A stretch of DNA of 64,000 nt from Engelhardtia mirabilis (GCF_007748095.1 NZ_CP036287.1:1024345-1088344); one strand, 5' to 3'; positions 19,206 to 29,118 are shown, counted from the first letter of the stretch. Made by a program: numbers and translations. Notes: generated by a model not told the origin, from the sequence alone.

Positions 19206-22200
19206 CTAGGGGTGAATCGAGCGGGCGGCTCGCACTCCGAGGTCGTGCTCGGAGGACTCGGCTGTCAGTGCCGGCCTGAATGAGGCCCGTGCATCGAACG
19301 TGGGGTTGTAGTAGCTGCCGCCTCGCATGTGGCGGTAGGGCGACTGGTCGGGCGGGGTGAAGGGGTCCTTGCGGCGCACTCGGCGGTACGCGTTCCCGTC
19401 GTAGCCGTCCAAGCACCACTCCCAGACGTTGCCGAGCATGTGGTGCAGCCCCAGGCCATTGGGTCGCATGGAATCGACCGGAGCGTGGCCCCCATGGCCG
19501 TCGTCCCAAGCCTCGCAGCCATCCGAGCCCTGGAACGCCCGGCCGTAGCTCTGGTCGCGGACGTTCGCGTAGGCGGCGAACTCGTCCTCCGGGAAGGGCG
19601 TCGGCGTCGTGGTTCCCGCCCTGCACGCCCTCTCCCAACGGGCCTCGGTCGGCAGCTCGAGTCCGTGCTGCAGCAGCACGCGGTAGGCGTCGTTCCAGGT
19701 GACCTGCTCGACCGGGTTCAGCCAGCCCTCGATGAGGTCGTTGTTCGCCGGTGTCCGGCTGGAGGGGTTCCAGCCGGCCAGGCGTTCCCACTGGGACTGG
19801 GCGGTCTCGTGCTTGGCGATCATGAAGGCGGAGAGCTCCACCGAATGGACCGGCCGCTCGTCGGCCAGGGACCTCGGATCGAAGCAGCTGGCCGCAGGAT
19901 CGTCCTGCTGCGCGCCCATCGTGAACGACCCCTCGGGGACCAACACCAGGACGATCGAGCTCTCCTCGTCGAGCTGCAGCCGGCCGTCCGCGCCGCGCTC
20001 CGGCGGCAGTCCCGATGCCAGGTGGGCGAACTCCCAGAGGCCCGAGTCCGGGTCGGCCCCCAGCGGCACGAGTCCGAGCTGCGGCTCCAGCTCGAGCCCC
20101 GAGTAGGCCGCACGGATTGCGGCCAGGTCGCGGCTCCAGGCCTCGGAGTAGGGACCTGCGGGGCCGAAGTCCCGCGCCGTGCGCTCGGCGAACGCCAGAC
20201 GCCTCGCGACGCTCCAGCCGTGGGGCCATTCGGCGGCGTCGGCGTTCAGGTGGCTGGCCTCGAGCTGCTCCAGTCCGTCGATCAGCGCGCTCAGCTGATC
20301 GTTCCACCAGGCCGAGCCGCGACCGTCGCCCGGGAACTCCCAGGTCAGTCGCTCGCCGACGGTCGCCTCGATCGCGTCGCGACGACTGGCCAGCTCCTCG
20401 AGCTCTGTCGCTGCGGAACGCAGACCCTCCTCCGACCGCATGAAGGCGGTTACGACTTGCAAGCCGGCCGCGTGGTTCTCGATGTCCGCTCGGATCGGGC
20501 CCTCCGCGTGGGCCAGTGCCTCCTCGATCGCGGCGAGTGCGCCATCGTCGTCGCCCACCGAGAAGCGAGCCCAGGCCAGAGTCCTCAGGGTCTGGATGTG
20601 TGAGCCGACGGGGACCTGCTCGCGGATACCACTCGCAATGGCCAGGCCCTCGAGTTCTCGACCGTAGACGTCGCGACTCGGCCTCACCCGGGTCCACGCG
20701 ATCTCTGACCAAGCGTCGGCATCCTGGGGCAGCAGTTGCTCCTCGAGTGGCGGCAGTTCGATCGACTCGAGGCCGCGCCGGACGTCGTAGGCGAAGCGTT
20801 TCGAGGCCAACTCGGCTTCGATCGCCACGAGCTGCGGCAGCGCAGGGTGCATGGAACGGTCGGCGAGGCGTTGCTCCTGGGACCACTCGAGCGCTCGTGT
20901 CCGCAGCTCGGACCGCTTCAGTCGGTGCAGTGGAATGTCGTCCACCAGGCGCTCCGCCCGCTCGATCCAGGAGCGCAGGGCCGGGATCCTCTCCGGTGTC
21001 GCGGGCCAGAGCTCGTCGACCTCGCCCAGGAGCAGGTCGAGGTCCTGGAGCGCGGACAGGCGCAGCACGTCCTGACGCTCCTGGTCGGCGCTGGACTGGG
21101 CTGCCAGAGCGGCGGCGGCGTTGGCCTCGGCCAGGTCCCGCTGCTCGGCGAGGTCCGCGTTGCTCGAGCGCAGCAGCCGGTTGGTTCGCAGGTTCTCCGT
21201 CAGCAGCACCGTCACGCTGATCAGGGCGAGGGTGACGACCGCCGTGACCGAGCTCGCCACCGGATGCACCGCGGCCCAGCGCCGCAGCCGATGAACCACG
21301 CTCGGCGGCCTGGCGGCGATCGGTCGGTCGGAGAGGTACTCGCGCAGGTCGTCGGCGAATGCGGCGCAGGACCCGTAGCGCCGGTCGGGGTCCTTCTCGA
21401 GCGCCTTGCCACAGATCGTCGCGAGCGCGGAGGGACACTGGGACCGAATGGTCGAGGGGTCAGGCGGGTCGTAGGTGACGATCCTCTGGGCGATCTGATG
21501 GGTCGTGTCCCCCTCGAATGGGCGTCGCAGGGCGAGCAGCTCGTAGAGCACCACGCCGAGGGAGAAGATGTCCGTGCGATGGTCGAGGCCCATGCGCTTG
21601 GCCGTCACCTGCTCGGGGCTCATGTAGGCCCAGGTGCCGGCGAAGTCGCCCGTGACCGAATCGAACGAATCGTCGACCACCCGAGCGAGGCCGAAGTCGG
21701 TCAGGCGCGGCGTGCCGTCCGGCGCGATCAAGATGTTCGCCGGCTTGACGTCCCGATGGATCACGCCGACGCCGTGGGAGGCGTGCAGTCCGTCGGCCAC
21801 GCGGGCGACCAGGTCGGCGACCCTGCGGTGGTAGTCGGAAGGCAGCTGGGTGCCCGAGCTGACGCCGGCGATGAAGTCCTTGAGCGTCTTGGCGCCCGGC
21901 ACGAACTCCTGGGCGATCCAGGACATGCCCCCGTCGGATCCGTAGCCCAGAAGCTTGACCACGTTGGGATGATCGAGCTTGGCACCCGCCCGAGCCTCGC
22001 GGGCGAACAGCGCCAGGGTGCGGTCGTCGAGCCGCTCGGGCAGGACCAACTTGAGGGCCACGGTTTCGCCGGAGCGCGAGTCGAGTGCCTCCCAGACCTG
22101 GCCCATTCCACCGCGGGCGATGAATCGCTCCAGCGTGAAGTGCGAGACTCTCCGGTCCCCAGAGCCCGAGTCGGAGGGCAGTCGGCCGAGTGGGCCCTGG

Positions 22201-22475
22201 TCGGCGAACCCACCTGCCGGGATCAGGTCGAAGAGGTTCCAGACGCCCTCGGGCTCGGCGATCGACTTCGCGATCAACTCGGAGGCGGCGCGCCACTCGG
22301 CGAGCAAGGCTCGCACTTCGTCCAAGTGGCCGGTGGCGGAGCCTGCGGCCTGCTGGCCTGCGGCCCAATCTTCGAAAGCGTCGGCGCGACCGTGGGGGTG
22401 GGCCTCGAGGAATTCGTGGAGCAACTGCTCCTGGGGACTCGGGGGCGGGTCGGGATCGTGGTTGGACATCGGCAA
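19206..22475 (-). CDS. Serine/threonine protein kinase fused to a formylglycine-generating-enzyme (FGE/SUMF1) domain, with a TM segment and a long helical linker
   Basis: Kinase motifs GGMGQVWEA, VALKLV, HRDVKPANILI, DFGLAR, SPEQ. C-terminal FGE fold with SFTMG...RVLRGGSYYN-like RGGSYYNPTFDARASFR. A predicted TM helix (AVVTLALISVTVLL) separates the halves. Confidence 0.85.
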   Translation of the reverse strand: MPMSNHDPDPPPSPQEQLLHEFLEAHPHGRADAFEDWAAGQQAAGSATGHLDEVRALLAEWRAASELIAKSIAEPEGVWNLFDLIPAGGFADQGPLGRLPSDSGSGDRRVSHFTLERFIARGGMGQVWEALDSRSGETVALKLVLPERLDDRTLALFAREARAGAKLDHPNVVKLLGYGSDGGMSWIAQEFVPGAKTLKDFIAGVSSGTQLPSDYHRRVADLVARVADGLHASHGVGVIHRDVKPANILIAPDGTPRLTDFGLARVVDDSFDSVTGDFAGTWAYMSPEQVTAKRMGLDHRTDIFSLGVVLYELLALRRPFEGDTTHQIAQRIVTYDPPDPSTIRSQCPSALATICGKALEKDPDRRYGSCAAFADDLREYLSDRPIAARPPSVVHRLRRWAAVHPVASSVTAVVTLALISVTVLLTENLRTNRLLRSSNADLAEQRDLAEANAAAALAAQSSADQERQDVLRLSALQDLDLLLGEVDELWPATPERIPALRSWIERAERLVDDIPLHRLKRSELRTRALEWSQEQRLADRSMHPALPQLVAIEAELASKRFAYDVRRGLESIELPPLEEQLLPQDADAWSEIAWTRVRPSRDVYGRELEGLAIASGIREQVPVGSHIQTLRTLAWARFSVGDDDGALAAIEEALAHAEGPIRADIENHAAGLQVVTAFMRSEEGLRSAATELEELASRRDAIEATVGERLTWEFPGDGRGSAWWNDQLSALIDGLEQLEASHLNADAAEWPHGWSVARRLAFAERTARDFGPAGPYSEAWSRDLAAIRAAYSGLELEPQLGLVPLGADPDSGLWEFAHLASGLPPERGADGRLQLDEESSIVLVLVPEGSFTMGAQQDDPAASCFDPRSLADERPVHSVELSAFMIAKHETAQSQWERLAGWNPSSRTPANNDLIEGWLNPVEQVTWNDAYRVLLQHGLELPTEARWERACRAGTTTPTPFPEDEFAAYANVRDQSYGRAFQGSDGCEAWDDGHGGHAPVDSMRPNGLGLHHMLGNVWEWCLDGYDGNAYRRVRRKDPFTPPDQSPYRHMRGGSYYNPTFDARASFRPALTAESSEHDLGVRAARSIHP

Positions 22476-22515
22476 GAGCGCAGGTCGAATTGCCCCATCC
22501 GTCCGCTCGCCGCGG

Positions 22516-23421
22516 TCAGGCCGCGCTGGCCTTGTCGCGCGCGGAGCGGATGCGCTCGCGGGGCGTGCGACGCAGCTCCTTCGTCAGCCCGACGCGCGAG
22601 AGGGTCCACACGGTCCACTTGGTCGGGTCGAAGTGGTACCAGCGAACCCCGTTGCGGTAGTCGGTGGGGAAGCGGTGGTGGAAGTTGTGGTAGCCCTCGC
22701 CGAAGGTGACCAGGGCGGTCCACCAGCTGTCGCGCGCGGTCGACTGGGGGTCGTAGGGACGCGACCCGAAGCGGTGAGTGAACGAGTTGATGGCGAAGGT
22801 CGCGTGCCACTGCAGCACCAGCCGCAGGAAGCCCGCGATCAGGAAGGCGCCGAGGGGGTCGCCCCACAAGAGGCCCAGGGACGTGGGCAGGACTGCGCCC
22901 ATGGCGAGTGCGATCCAGCCGTAGTAGCGGTCCTGCCAGACGACCAGCGGATCGCGCTCCAGGTCGTGGACCCCGCGCTTCTGGGCCGTCGGTCCCTGGT
23001 GCATGACCCAACCCATGTGCGCCCACCAGAAGCCGTGGTGGATCGAGTAGGGGTCGTCGTGCTTGTCGGCGCGGTTGTGGTGTTGGCGGTGGTCGGCAGC
23101 CCAATCGAGCGCCGAGTTCTGCACGGACGCCGCGCCGAAGAGCAGCGCGAGCAGGCGCACCGGCGCGCTCGCGCGGAAGGTGCGGTGGGCGAACAGGCGG
23201 TGGTAGCCGCCCGTGATCCCGAGGCCGCACAGGACGAACCACAGACCGGCCAGGGCCAAGGTCCAAGGCGAGACACCGATCCAGAACAGGTGCACGACCG
23301 CGTAGGCCGCAACCGCGTGGGCCAGGCCCAGGAAGATCGTGTTCGTCCAGAGGACAGGGGGGGCCGTGCGCTCGACTTGCATCGATTGGGGGGACAGGTC
23401 GTTAGGTCGGTGAGCCGCCAC
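22516..23421 (-). CDS. Acyl-CoA/acyl-lipid delta-9 fatty-acid desaturase
   Basis: Three His boxes HRLFAH, HRQHH and HNFHH, and four TM segments. Confidence 0.9.
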   Translation of the reverse strand: MAAHRPNDLSPQSMQVERTAPPVLWTNTIFLGLAHAVAAYAVVHLFWIGVSPWTLALAGLWFVLCGLGITGGYHRLFAHRTFRASAPVRLLALLFGAASVQNSALDWAADHRQHHNRADKHDDPYSIHHGFWWAHMGWVMHQGPTAQKRGVHDLERDPLVVWQDRYYGWIALAMGAVLPTSLGLLWGDPLGAFLIAGFLRLVLQWHATFAINSFTHRFGSRPYDPQSTARDSWWTALVTFGEGYHNFHHRFPTDYRNGVRWYHFDPTKWTVWTLSRVGLTKELRRTPRERIRSARDKASAA

Positions 23422-23434
23422 CCGCCGATCGCGG

Positions 23435-24382
23435 TCACGGCCGACGGCCCGGCGAGCGGGCCGCCGAGATCGACAGTTGCCCGGAGACTATGCTGTCCGC
23501 ACTCGGCCGGATGGTCACTTTTCCGCTGAGCTGCCCGCCTTCTCGAGCCAGAGTGCCGCTGAGGGCCGTGGAGGCCTCGCCCGCGGCGACAGAGGTCACT
23601 TCGACACCGTGTCGGCCGGGGCTCAGCTCCAGCTGAAGGGGGCTCGGCCCCGCGGACATCAGGAATCCGCGTTCGAGCGTCTCGGCGCCGCTCCCGGTGA
23701 GGAGGACGGCCGTGGGGGAGCCGTCGAGCGCCAGGCTGGCGACCAGAGGCACATCGGACGAGGTGGACTTGGCCGGGAAGGCTCCCTTCGACCCGTTGAT
23801 CCGGACGCGCCCGGAGCACAGCGCCGCGACGGTGGGTTGCCCCGCGAAGACCCAGTCGCCGGGATAGACCTCGTAGTTGAGCCAGGTCTGGAAGGACTCG
23901 CAGCTGGCCTCGATCGGCTCGACCCCGAGCTCGGGGAAGCCGTCGAGGTCGACGGTGATGTCTGCGCTCGGCACGTAGTAGCTGCCGTAGAGCCAGGCGA
24001 CCGGCTCGTTGTCGGACAGCCCGAAGAAGGTCGCGTCGATCTCGTCGAAGGCGACCGCCAGAGAGAACGCCGGCCACTGTTCGACGACGAAGTCATCGGA
24101 TTGAACGGCGTAGATGGCGGTCTCGACTCCCGTGAGGGAGGGGTCGACCAGCTTCAATTCGATCACCGCGCCGTCGATGCCGAGGTCGACACAGCCACCG
24201 CCGACGGACTCGTCGGTGGCCTCGATGTACCAGGTCCCGGATTGGCAGCCGCTGCTGGGGTCGATGCCGCTGGACGGGTTCGAAGCGCCAGCGCCACCGC
24301 CGCCGCAAGCGCTGGTAGCGAGGCCGAAGAGGGTCAGGGCGGTGATCGAGCGGATCGAGGCGACTCGGCTGAGGGGCTGCAT
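23435..24382 (-). CDS. Hypothetical lipoprotein
   Basis: Signal peptide with lipobox LATSAC; Gly/Ser-rich; no recognised domain. Confidence 0.55.
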   Translation of the reverse strand: MQPLSRVASIRSITALTLFGLATSACGGGGAGASNPSSGIDPSSGCQSGTWYIEATDESVGGGCVDLGIDGAVIELKLVDPSLTGVETAIYAVQSDDFVVEQWPAFSLAVAFDEIDATFFGLSDNEPVAWLYGSYYVPSADITVDLDGFPELGVEPIEASCESFQTWLNYEVYPGDWVFAGQPTVAALCSGRVRINGSKGAFPAKSTSSDVPLVASLALDGSPTAVLLTGSGAETLERGFLMSAGPSPLQLELSPGRHGVEVTSVAAGEASTALSGTLAREGGQLSGKVTIRPSADSIVSGQLSISAARSPGRRP

Positions 24383-24579
24383 GGGAAGGCTCCGGATCGG
24401 GCGTTGCGGGGAGTGCAGCCCAGCGGCGGCACGGGTCCGTCAGGGGCAGACAGACGCGAGCCTCACGCCGAAAGTCGCGAATTCCGGCGCTCGCGATTGA
24501 CCGTGAGATCTCGCCCGTCCTGCCCCTACCGGTGTCAGCGCTTCCTCCCGGCCCCCCCCCGACACGGAGCCCCGGCACC

Positions 24580-26367
24580 ATGCAGATCCTGCTCGTCCAC
24601 CCCGCCTTTCCGCGCGACACCTTCTGGAGCTTCGAGCACGCCCTCGAAGCAGCCGGTCGCCGGGCCACGATGCCACCCCTCGGGCTGTTGACCGTCGCCG
24701 GGCTGCTCCCCGCGGATCGCTTCGAGCTGACCCTCGCGGACGAGAACCTGGGGCCGACCAGCGACGAGGCGATCCTCGCGGCCGACGTGGTGTTCGCCTC
24801 CGCCATGATCGTCCAGCGGCAATCGCTCCGCCGGCTGGTCGAGCGCTGTCGCCGACTGGGTCGGCCAGTGGTGATCGGCGGCCCGCTGGTCAGTGCCTGT
24901 TTCTCACAGCTCGTGGAGGAAGGGTCGGGTTCGGCCCATTTCTTCATCGGTGAAGCGGAGCAGGCCATGGGCTGGCTCGTGGAAGATCTGGAGCGCGGGG
25001 AGCTGCGGCCGGCCTACGCCCACGTGACGGACGAGACCCGCGCGCAGGAAGTGCGCGACGTCTTCGGCCCGCGCACGCGCTGCCTGGTTGCCGCGCGCCC
25101 CTCGCTCGACAGCTCGCCGCTGCCGCGCTTCGACCTGCTCGAGATGCCGGCCTACCACAGCATGGCCGTGCAGACGAGTCGCGGCTGTCCCATCGGCTGC
25201 GAGTTCTGCGACATCTGGAAGCAGTTCGGCCTGAAGGCGCGCACTAGTGCGACCAGCCGCGTGCTGGACCAGTTGAGCCTACTGTTCACCCTCGGCTGGC
25301 GCGGCCGAGTGTTCGTGGTGGACGACAACTTCATCGGCAACGTCGGCGCCGCGCGCAGCCTGTTGCCAGAGCTGATCCGCTGGCAGCGCGACCCCAAGCC
25401 GTGCTTTCTTCCTTCCGACCTCCGGCGCGCACTCGGGCCCGCGCGAGAACGCCGGCTGTTGGCGGGCTGGAGACGCGACCGCCGCAGGCGCTTCCCCTTC
25501 GCCTTCAGCACCGAGGCAGACGTGCGGATCGGGATGGACGCTCCCAAGTTGACCGAGGTGCGCGAGGCCATGGTCGCTGCGGGCTTCAACAGCCTCTTCC
25601 TGGGGATCGAGACGCCGGACAGCGCGTCCTTGCTCGAGGCCGGCAAGCGCGTCAACGTCGGCAAGCAGGGTGACGCTGCTGCCAACTTGCTCGCGAGTGT
25701 GGAACGAATCCGTCGCGCGGGTCTGGAGGTGATGTCCGGCTTCATTGTCGGCTTCGACCACGACCCGCCCGACATCGATCGCTCGATGGTCGCCTTCATC
25801 GAGCGGGCGGCGATCCCCGTAGCGATGGTCGGCTTGCTCGCGGTCGGGCCTGGAACCGACCTCGAAGCGCGTCTCGCGCGGGAAGGGCGCCTGCGCGGCC
25901 GGTTCGGCGGCTCACAGACCCACGCCTTCGAGTTGGACTTCGAGCCACGCGGGCGCAGTCGAGGGGTGGTGGTCGAGCAGTATGCGCGTGTCCTGCACGC
26001 GCTCTACGGCCCTGGCATGGGGTCGTTCTACGCCCGCTGCGAGACGACGATCGAGCAGTTGCCGGCGCCGCCCCGCAGCGGCGACCGACTCGGACGGCGC
26101 GAGCTGCTCGCCTTCCTGCGATCGTTGGTCTCGATCCGGCCGCGCACCGACTACTGGCGCTTTCTCGCTCGCGTGTTGCTGCGGCGCCCGCGCTTCCTGG
26201 GGATGGCGGTGGTCCTCGCGCTGCAGGGAGACCACTTGCAGCGGCTGACCGCGGTGCGGCTGGAGGAGTACCGGCGACGATCGGCGCATCTCGGTCCGGA
26301 GCCGCGGGCGGTCGAGTCCACCGCCGACCGACGCGAGGAGGAGCCTGTGGATGCCGTCCCTGTGTGA
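24580..26367 (+). CDS. B12-binding-domain radical SAM protein (class B rSAM with a DUF4070-type C-terminus)
   Basis: N-terminal cobalamin-binding Rossmann region (ILLVHPAF...PPLGLLTVAG), rSAM cluster SRGCPIGCEFCDIW (Cx3Cx2C), and a conserved C-terminal region. Start likely the Met at 24580; the ORF opens at 24532. Confidence 0.85.
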   Translation: MQILLVHPAFPRDTFWSFEHALEAAGRRATMPPLGLLTVAGLLPADRFELTLADENLGPTSDEAILAADVVFASAMIVQRQSLRRLVERCRRLGRPVVIGGPLVSACFSQLVEEGSGSAHFFIGEAEQAMGWLVEDLERGELRPAYAHVTDETRAQEVRDVFGPRTRCLVAARPSLDSSPLPRFDLLEMPAYHSMAVQTSRGCPIGCEFCDIWKQFGLKARTSATSRVLDQLSLLFTLGWRGRVFVVDDNFIGNVGAARSLLPELIRWQRDPKPCFLPSDLRRALGPARERRLLAGWRRDRRRRFPFAFSTEADVRIGMDAPKLTEVREAMVAAGFNSLFLGIETPDSASLLEAGKRVNVGKQGDAAANLLASVERIRRAGLEVMSGFIVGFDHDPPDIDRSMVAFIERAAIPVAMVGLLAVGPGTDLEARLAREGRLRGRFGGSQTHAFELDFEPRGRSRGVVVEQYARVLHALYGPGMGSFYARCETTIEQLPAPPRSGDRLGRRELLAFLRSLVSIRPRTDYWRFLARVLLRRPRFLGMAVVLALQGDHLQRLTAVRLEEYRRRSAHLGPEPRAVESTADRREEEPVDAVPV

Positions 26368-27124
26368 GCTGACCAAGCTGGCAGCCTCGGCTTACACGGA
26401 CAGGCGCACGGTCGGTCGGTGGCGTCGGGTGCGCGACTTCGGCCGGCCCCGAGACGCCTTCCGGGCCGGACTATGGGTGCGCGCGGATGGGGCCGGCGGC
26501 GTGCTCAGCGTGCGCGGGACGGCCAACCTGGCCTCGGCCATGGAAGACCTGAAGCTCCTGCTCGGCCGCGAGCCCGGGGCGTGGCGCCGCGGTCGTGGGG
26601 CGGTGGCGGCATCGCACGCCCTCGTGGGTAGGCGCTTGCTGTTGACCGGGCACTCCCTCGGGGGCGCCTTCGCGTCGGCGCTCGCCCGCGAAGCGCACCT
26701 GCGGGCGGTGACCTTCAATGCGCCGGGGATGGCGAGAGCCCTCGGGATCTCACCCGGGCCGAGCGGCAGCGGGACCATCCTCAACCTCTGCGTCGGCGAC
26801 GACTGGATCCGTCTGCTCTCCGGTCCGGGGTTGGGTCTCGACCTGAGCTTGGGTCCGGGGGACGCGCCCCTCCCAACCGGCCTGCGCGGCCTGGCCACGG
26901 CCTTTGTCCAGCGCCGTCGCCCCGGCGAAGGGATCACCGCGTTCATCGCGACCTCCATCGCTCGCCACCGGCTGGGCGCGTTCCCTTGGCAAGCGGCCGG
27001 CAGCTCCGCCGCCAGCGCCACGGCTCAGCTCCAGTTCTCCCAGAGCCGATTCTTGTCCTCGAGGTCGCGCTCGACCTCGGCCAGGTCGAACTGGTGGCCG
27101 CGCAGGGCGTCAGCGTCGCGGTAG
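26351..27124 (+). CDS. Class 3 lipase / alpha-beta hydrolase
   Basis: Nucleophile elbow LLTGHSLGGAFA. The start overlaps the stop of the B12-rSAM gene by 17 bp. The 3' ~100 nt overlap the convergent ABC-F gene, so the true stop may come earlier. Confidence 0.55.
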   Translation: MPSLCELTKLAASAYTDRRTVGRWRRVRDFGRPRDAFRAGLWVRADGAGGVLSVRGTANLASAMEDLKLLLGREPGAWRRGRGAVAASHALVGRRLLLTGHSLGGAFASALAREAHLRAVTFNAPGMARALGISPGPSGSGTILNLCVGDDWIRLLSGPGLGLDLSLGPGDAPLPTGLRGLATAFVQRRRPGEGITAFIATSIARHRLGAFPWQAAGSSAASATAQLQFSQSRFLSSRSRSTSARSNWWPRRASASR

Positions 27125-29118
27125 ACCTCCTCGGTGACCATGGCGGCCATCAGGGCCTCGCGCTTCTCCTCCAGGGCGATGATCTCCTTCTCCAGCCGCT
27201 CGAAGCGCTGGGGGTTGCGGATCTTGTCGGCGCCGGCGGAGGCCTTCGACCCCGCCTGGCCACCACCGCCGCTCGGCTTGCCGCCTTGACCCTTGCCGCC
27301 GCCCTTGCCATTCCCCTTGGACTTCGAACGCTCCCGCTCCGCGGCTTTCGCAGCCTGCTTCTGCTCTGCCTCGACCCGTTGGCGCTCCTGCTGGCGGCGG
27401 CTCTCCTCGCGCTGCGCCTTGGCAGCGCCGGCGGCTTCCTGCTCACTGGCGATCGCCGCGCGGTACTCGGAGTAGTTGCCACGGAACTCGCGGATGCCGG
27501 ACATCGACAGCTCGACGATCCGGTTGCAGAGGTTGTCGAGGAACTCGCGGTCGTGGCTGATGCAGAGCATGGCGCCGGGGAAGCCGGCGAGCAGCTCCTC
27601 GAGGGCCGTACGCGCGGCGAGGTCCAGGTGGTTGGTGGGCTCGTCGAGGGCCAGCCAGGTCGGCTCCGTCAGGATCAACAGCGCCAAGGCCACACGCGCG
27701 CGCTCACCGCCGGACAAGCCCGAGATCGGCTTGTCCACGTCGTCGCCGCGGAACAGGAAGCGCGCCAGGTGCCCGCGGATCTCGACGTCCGGCATCGTCG
27801 GGTAGAGGCGCCGGATCGATTCGTAGGGCGAAGCCTCGGGGTCGAGCCCGCCGGACTCCTGGTCGAAGTAGCCCACGCGCGTCTTGTGCCCGAGCTTGAG
27901 TTCGCCGGCCATGATCTCCGAGCGCCCCGCGAGGGCACGGATCAACGTGGTCTTGCCCGCGCCGTTCGGCCCCACGATGCCGATGCGATCGCCGCGCGAC
28001 ACCCGTAGGTCGAGACCCTGGTGCAGCTTGGTCGTGCCGAAGCCGATGGCGAGGTCATTGCCCTCGATCACGCTCTCGCCCGAGCGCTGCACCTGCCCGA
28101 AGCGCAGCACCGGCCGACGAATGTCGTCGTGGGGCCGCTCCAACCGATCGACGCGATCGAGCTTCTTCTGGCGCCCCTTGGCCTCCGACGTGCGCTGGGA
28201 GCCCATGTGCTTCTTGATGAAGGCCTGCTCCTTGCGCATTTGGTCGCGCTGCTGCTCGTAGGCCTTAAGCTCCGACTGGAAGCGTTCCTGGCGCAGGTTG
28301 ACGTACTTCTCGTAGTTGCCCGGGTAGCGCCGCACCTGGCCCCACTCCAGCTCGAAGATGCCGTCCACGACGCGGTTCAAGAGGCGCCGGTCGTGGCTGA
28401 CCAGGAGCACCGCGCGGTCGAACTCGCGCAGGTAGTCCTCGAGCCACTCGATGCCGTCCAGATCCAAGTGGTTGGTGGGCTCGTCGAGCAACAAGAGGTC
28501 CGGCCGGCGCACGAGCTGCCGCGCCAGGGCCACGCGCGCCTTCTCGCCGCCCGACAGGGTCCCGGCCTCGCGCCGCCAGTGCTTCTCCGCCAGCCCGATG
28601 CCGGAAAGGACCTGCTCGACCAACAGGTCGGTGTTCCAACCCGAGAGGTGGTGCATGCGCTCGGTCAGCTCGCCGTAGCGCGCCACGTAGCGCTCGAGCG
28701 CATCGCCCTCGGCCGTCTCCAGCTTGCTCTCGAGCTCGGCGATCTCCGCCTGCACGACCCGCGTCTCCTCCAGGCCGCCCTCCACGTGGTCGAAGGCGAT
28801 CTCGCCCGGCTTGAACTCCGGCCGCTGGGGCACGTAGCCCACGGTCGTGCCCCTGGCGATCGCGATCGTGCCGAAGTCGGGCGACTCCTGGCCGGCGATC
28901 AGCCGCAGCAGCGTGCTCTTGCCCCCGCCGTTGCGCCCGACGATGCCGAGCTTCTCGCTCACCTCGACCCGCACGGACGCGCCGCGCAGGACTTCCTGAC
29001 CGCCGTACAGACGGCGCAGATTCTCGGCGATCAGGAGGCTCACGGATGGGGCTCTTCGGTGCTGGCGGGGGGGAGGATGGGGCGGCCCCGCCGGTAGCCG
29101 GCGAGCCTCGGGGCGCAA
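27025..29118 (-). CDS. ABC-F family ATPase (Uup/EttA-like, two ABC domains plus a C-terminal coiled coil)
   Basis: Two Walker A motifs (GRNGGGKST, GPNGAGKTT), two LSGGE signatures, and a K/E/R-rich C-terminal tail. The true start may be internal to the 697-aa ORF. Confidence 0.9.
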   Translation of the reverse strand: MRPEARRLPAGPPHPPPRQHRRAPSVSLLIAENLRRLYGGQEVLRGASVRVEVSEKLGIVGRNGGGKSTLLRLIAGQESPDFGTIAIARGTTVGYVPQRPEFKPGEIAFDHVEGGLEETRVVQAEIAELESKLETAEGDALERYVARYGELTERMHHLSGWNTDLLVEQVLSGIGLAEKHWRREAGTLSGGEKARVALARQLVRRPDLLLLDEPTNHLDLDGIEWLEDYLREFDRAVLLVSHDRRLLNRVVDGIFELEWGQVRRYPGNYEKYVNLRQERFQSELKAYEQQRDQMRKEQAFIKKHMGSQRTSEAKGRQKKLDRVDRLERPHDDIRRPVLRFGQVQRSGESVIEGNDLAIGFGTTKLHQGLDLRVSRGDRIGIVGPNGAGKTTLIRALAGRSEIMAGELKLGHKTRVGYFDQESGGLDPEASPYESIRRLYPTMPDVEIRGHLARFLFRGDDVDKPISGLSGGERARVALALLILTEPTWLALDEPTNHLDLAARTALEELLAGFPGAMLCISHDREFLDNLCNRIVELSMSGIREFRGNYSEYRAAIASEQEAAGAAKAQREESRRQQERQRVEAEQKQAAKAAERERSKSKGNGKGGGKGQGGKPSGGGGQAGSKASAGADKIRNPQRFERLEKEIIALEEKREALMAAMVTEEVYRDADALRGHQFDLAEVERDLEDKNRLWENWS

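Noticed and set aside
17213-19279. 688-aa plus-strand ORF and 17205-18620 minus-strand ORF
   Set aside because: They are antisense or out of frame over argS, whose frame contains the HIGH motif.
19087-22709. ORFs 19087-21438 (-), 20736-22709 (+), 21460-22368 (-)
   Set aside because: They are alternative or antisense frames over the kinase-FGE gene; only the 19206-22475 frame has kinase and FGE motifs.
22274-24691. ORFs 22274-23266, 22839-24077 (-), 23477-24691 (+)
   Set aside because: They are out of frame or antisense over the desaturase and lipoprotein genes; the His-box frame is kept.
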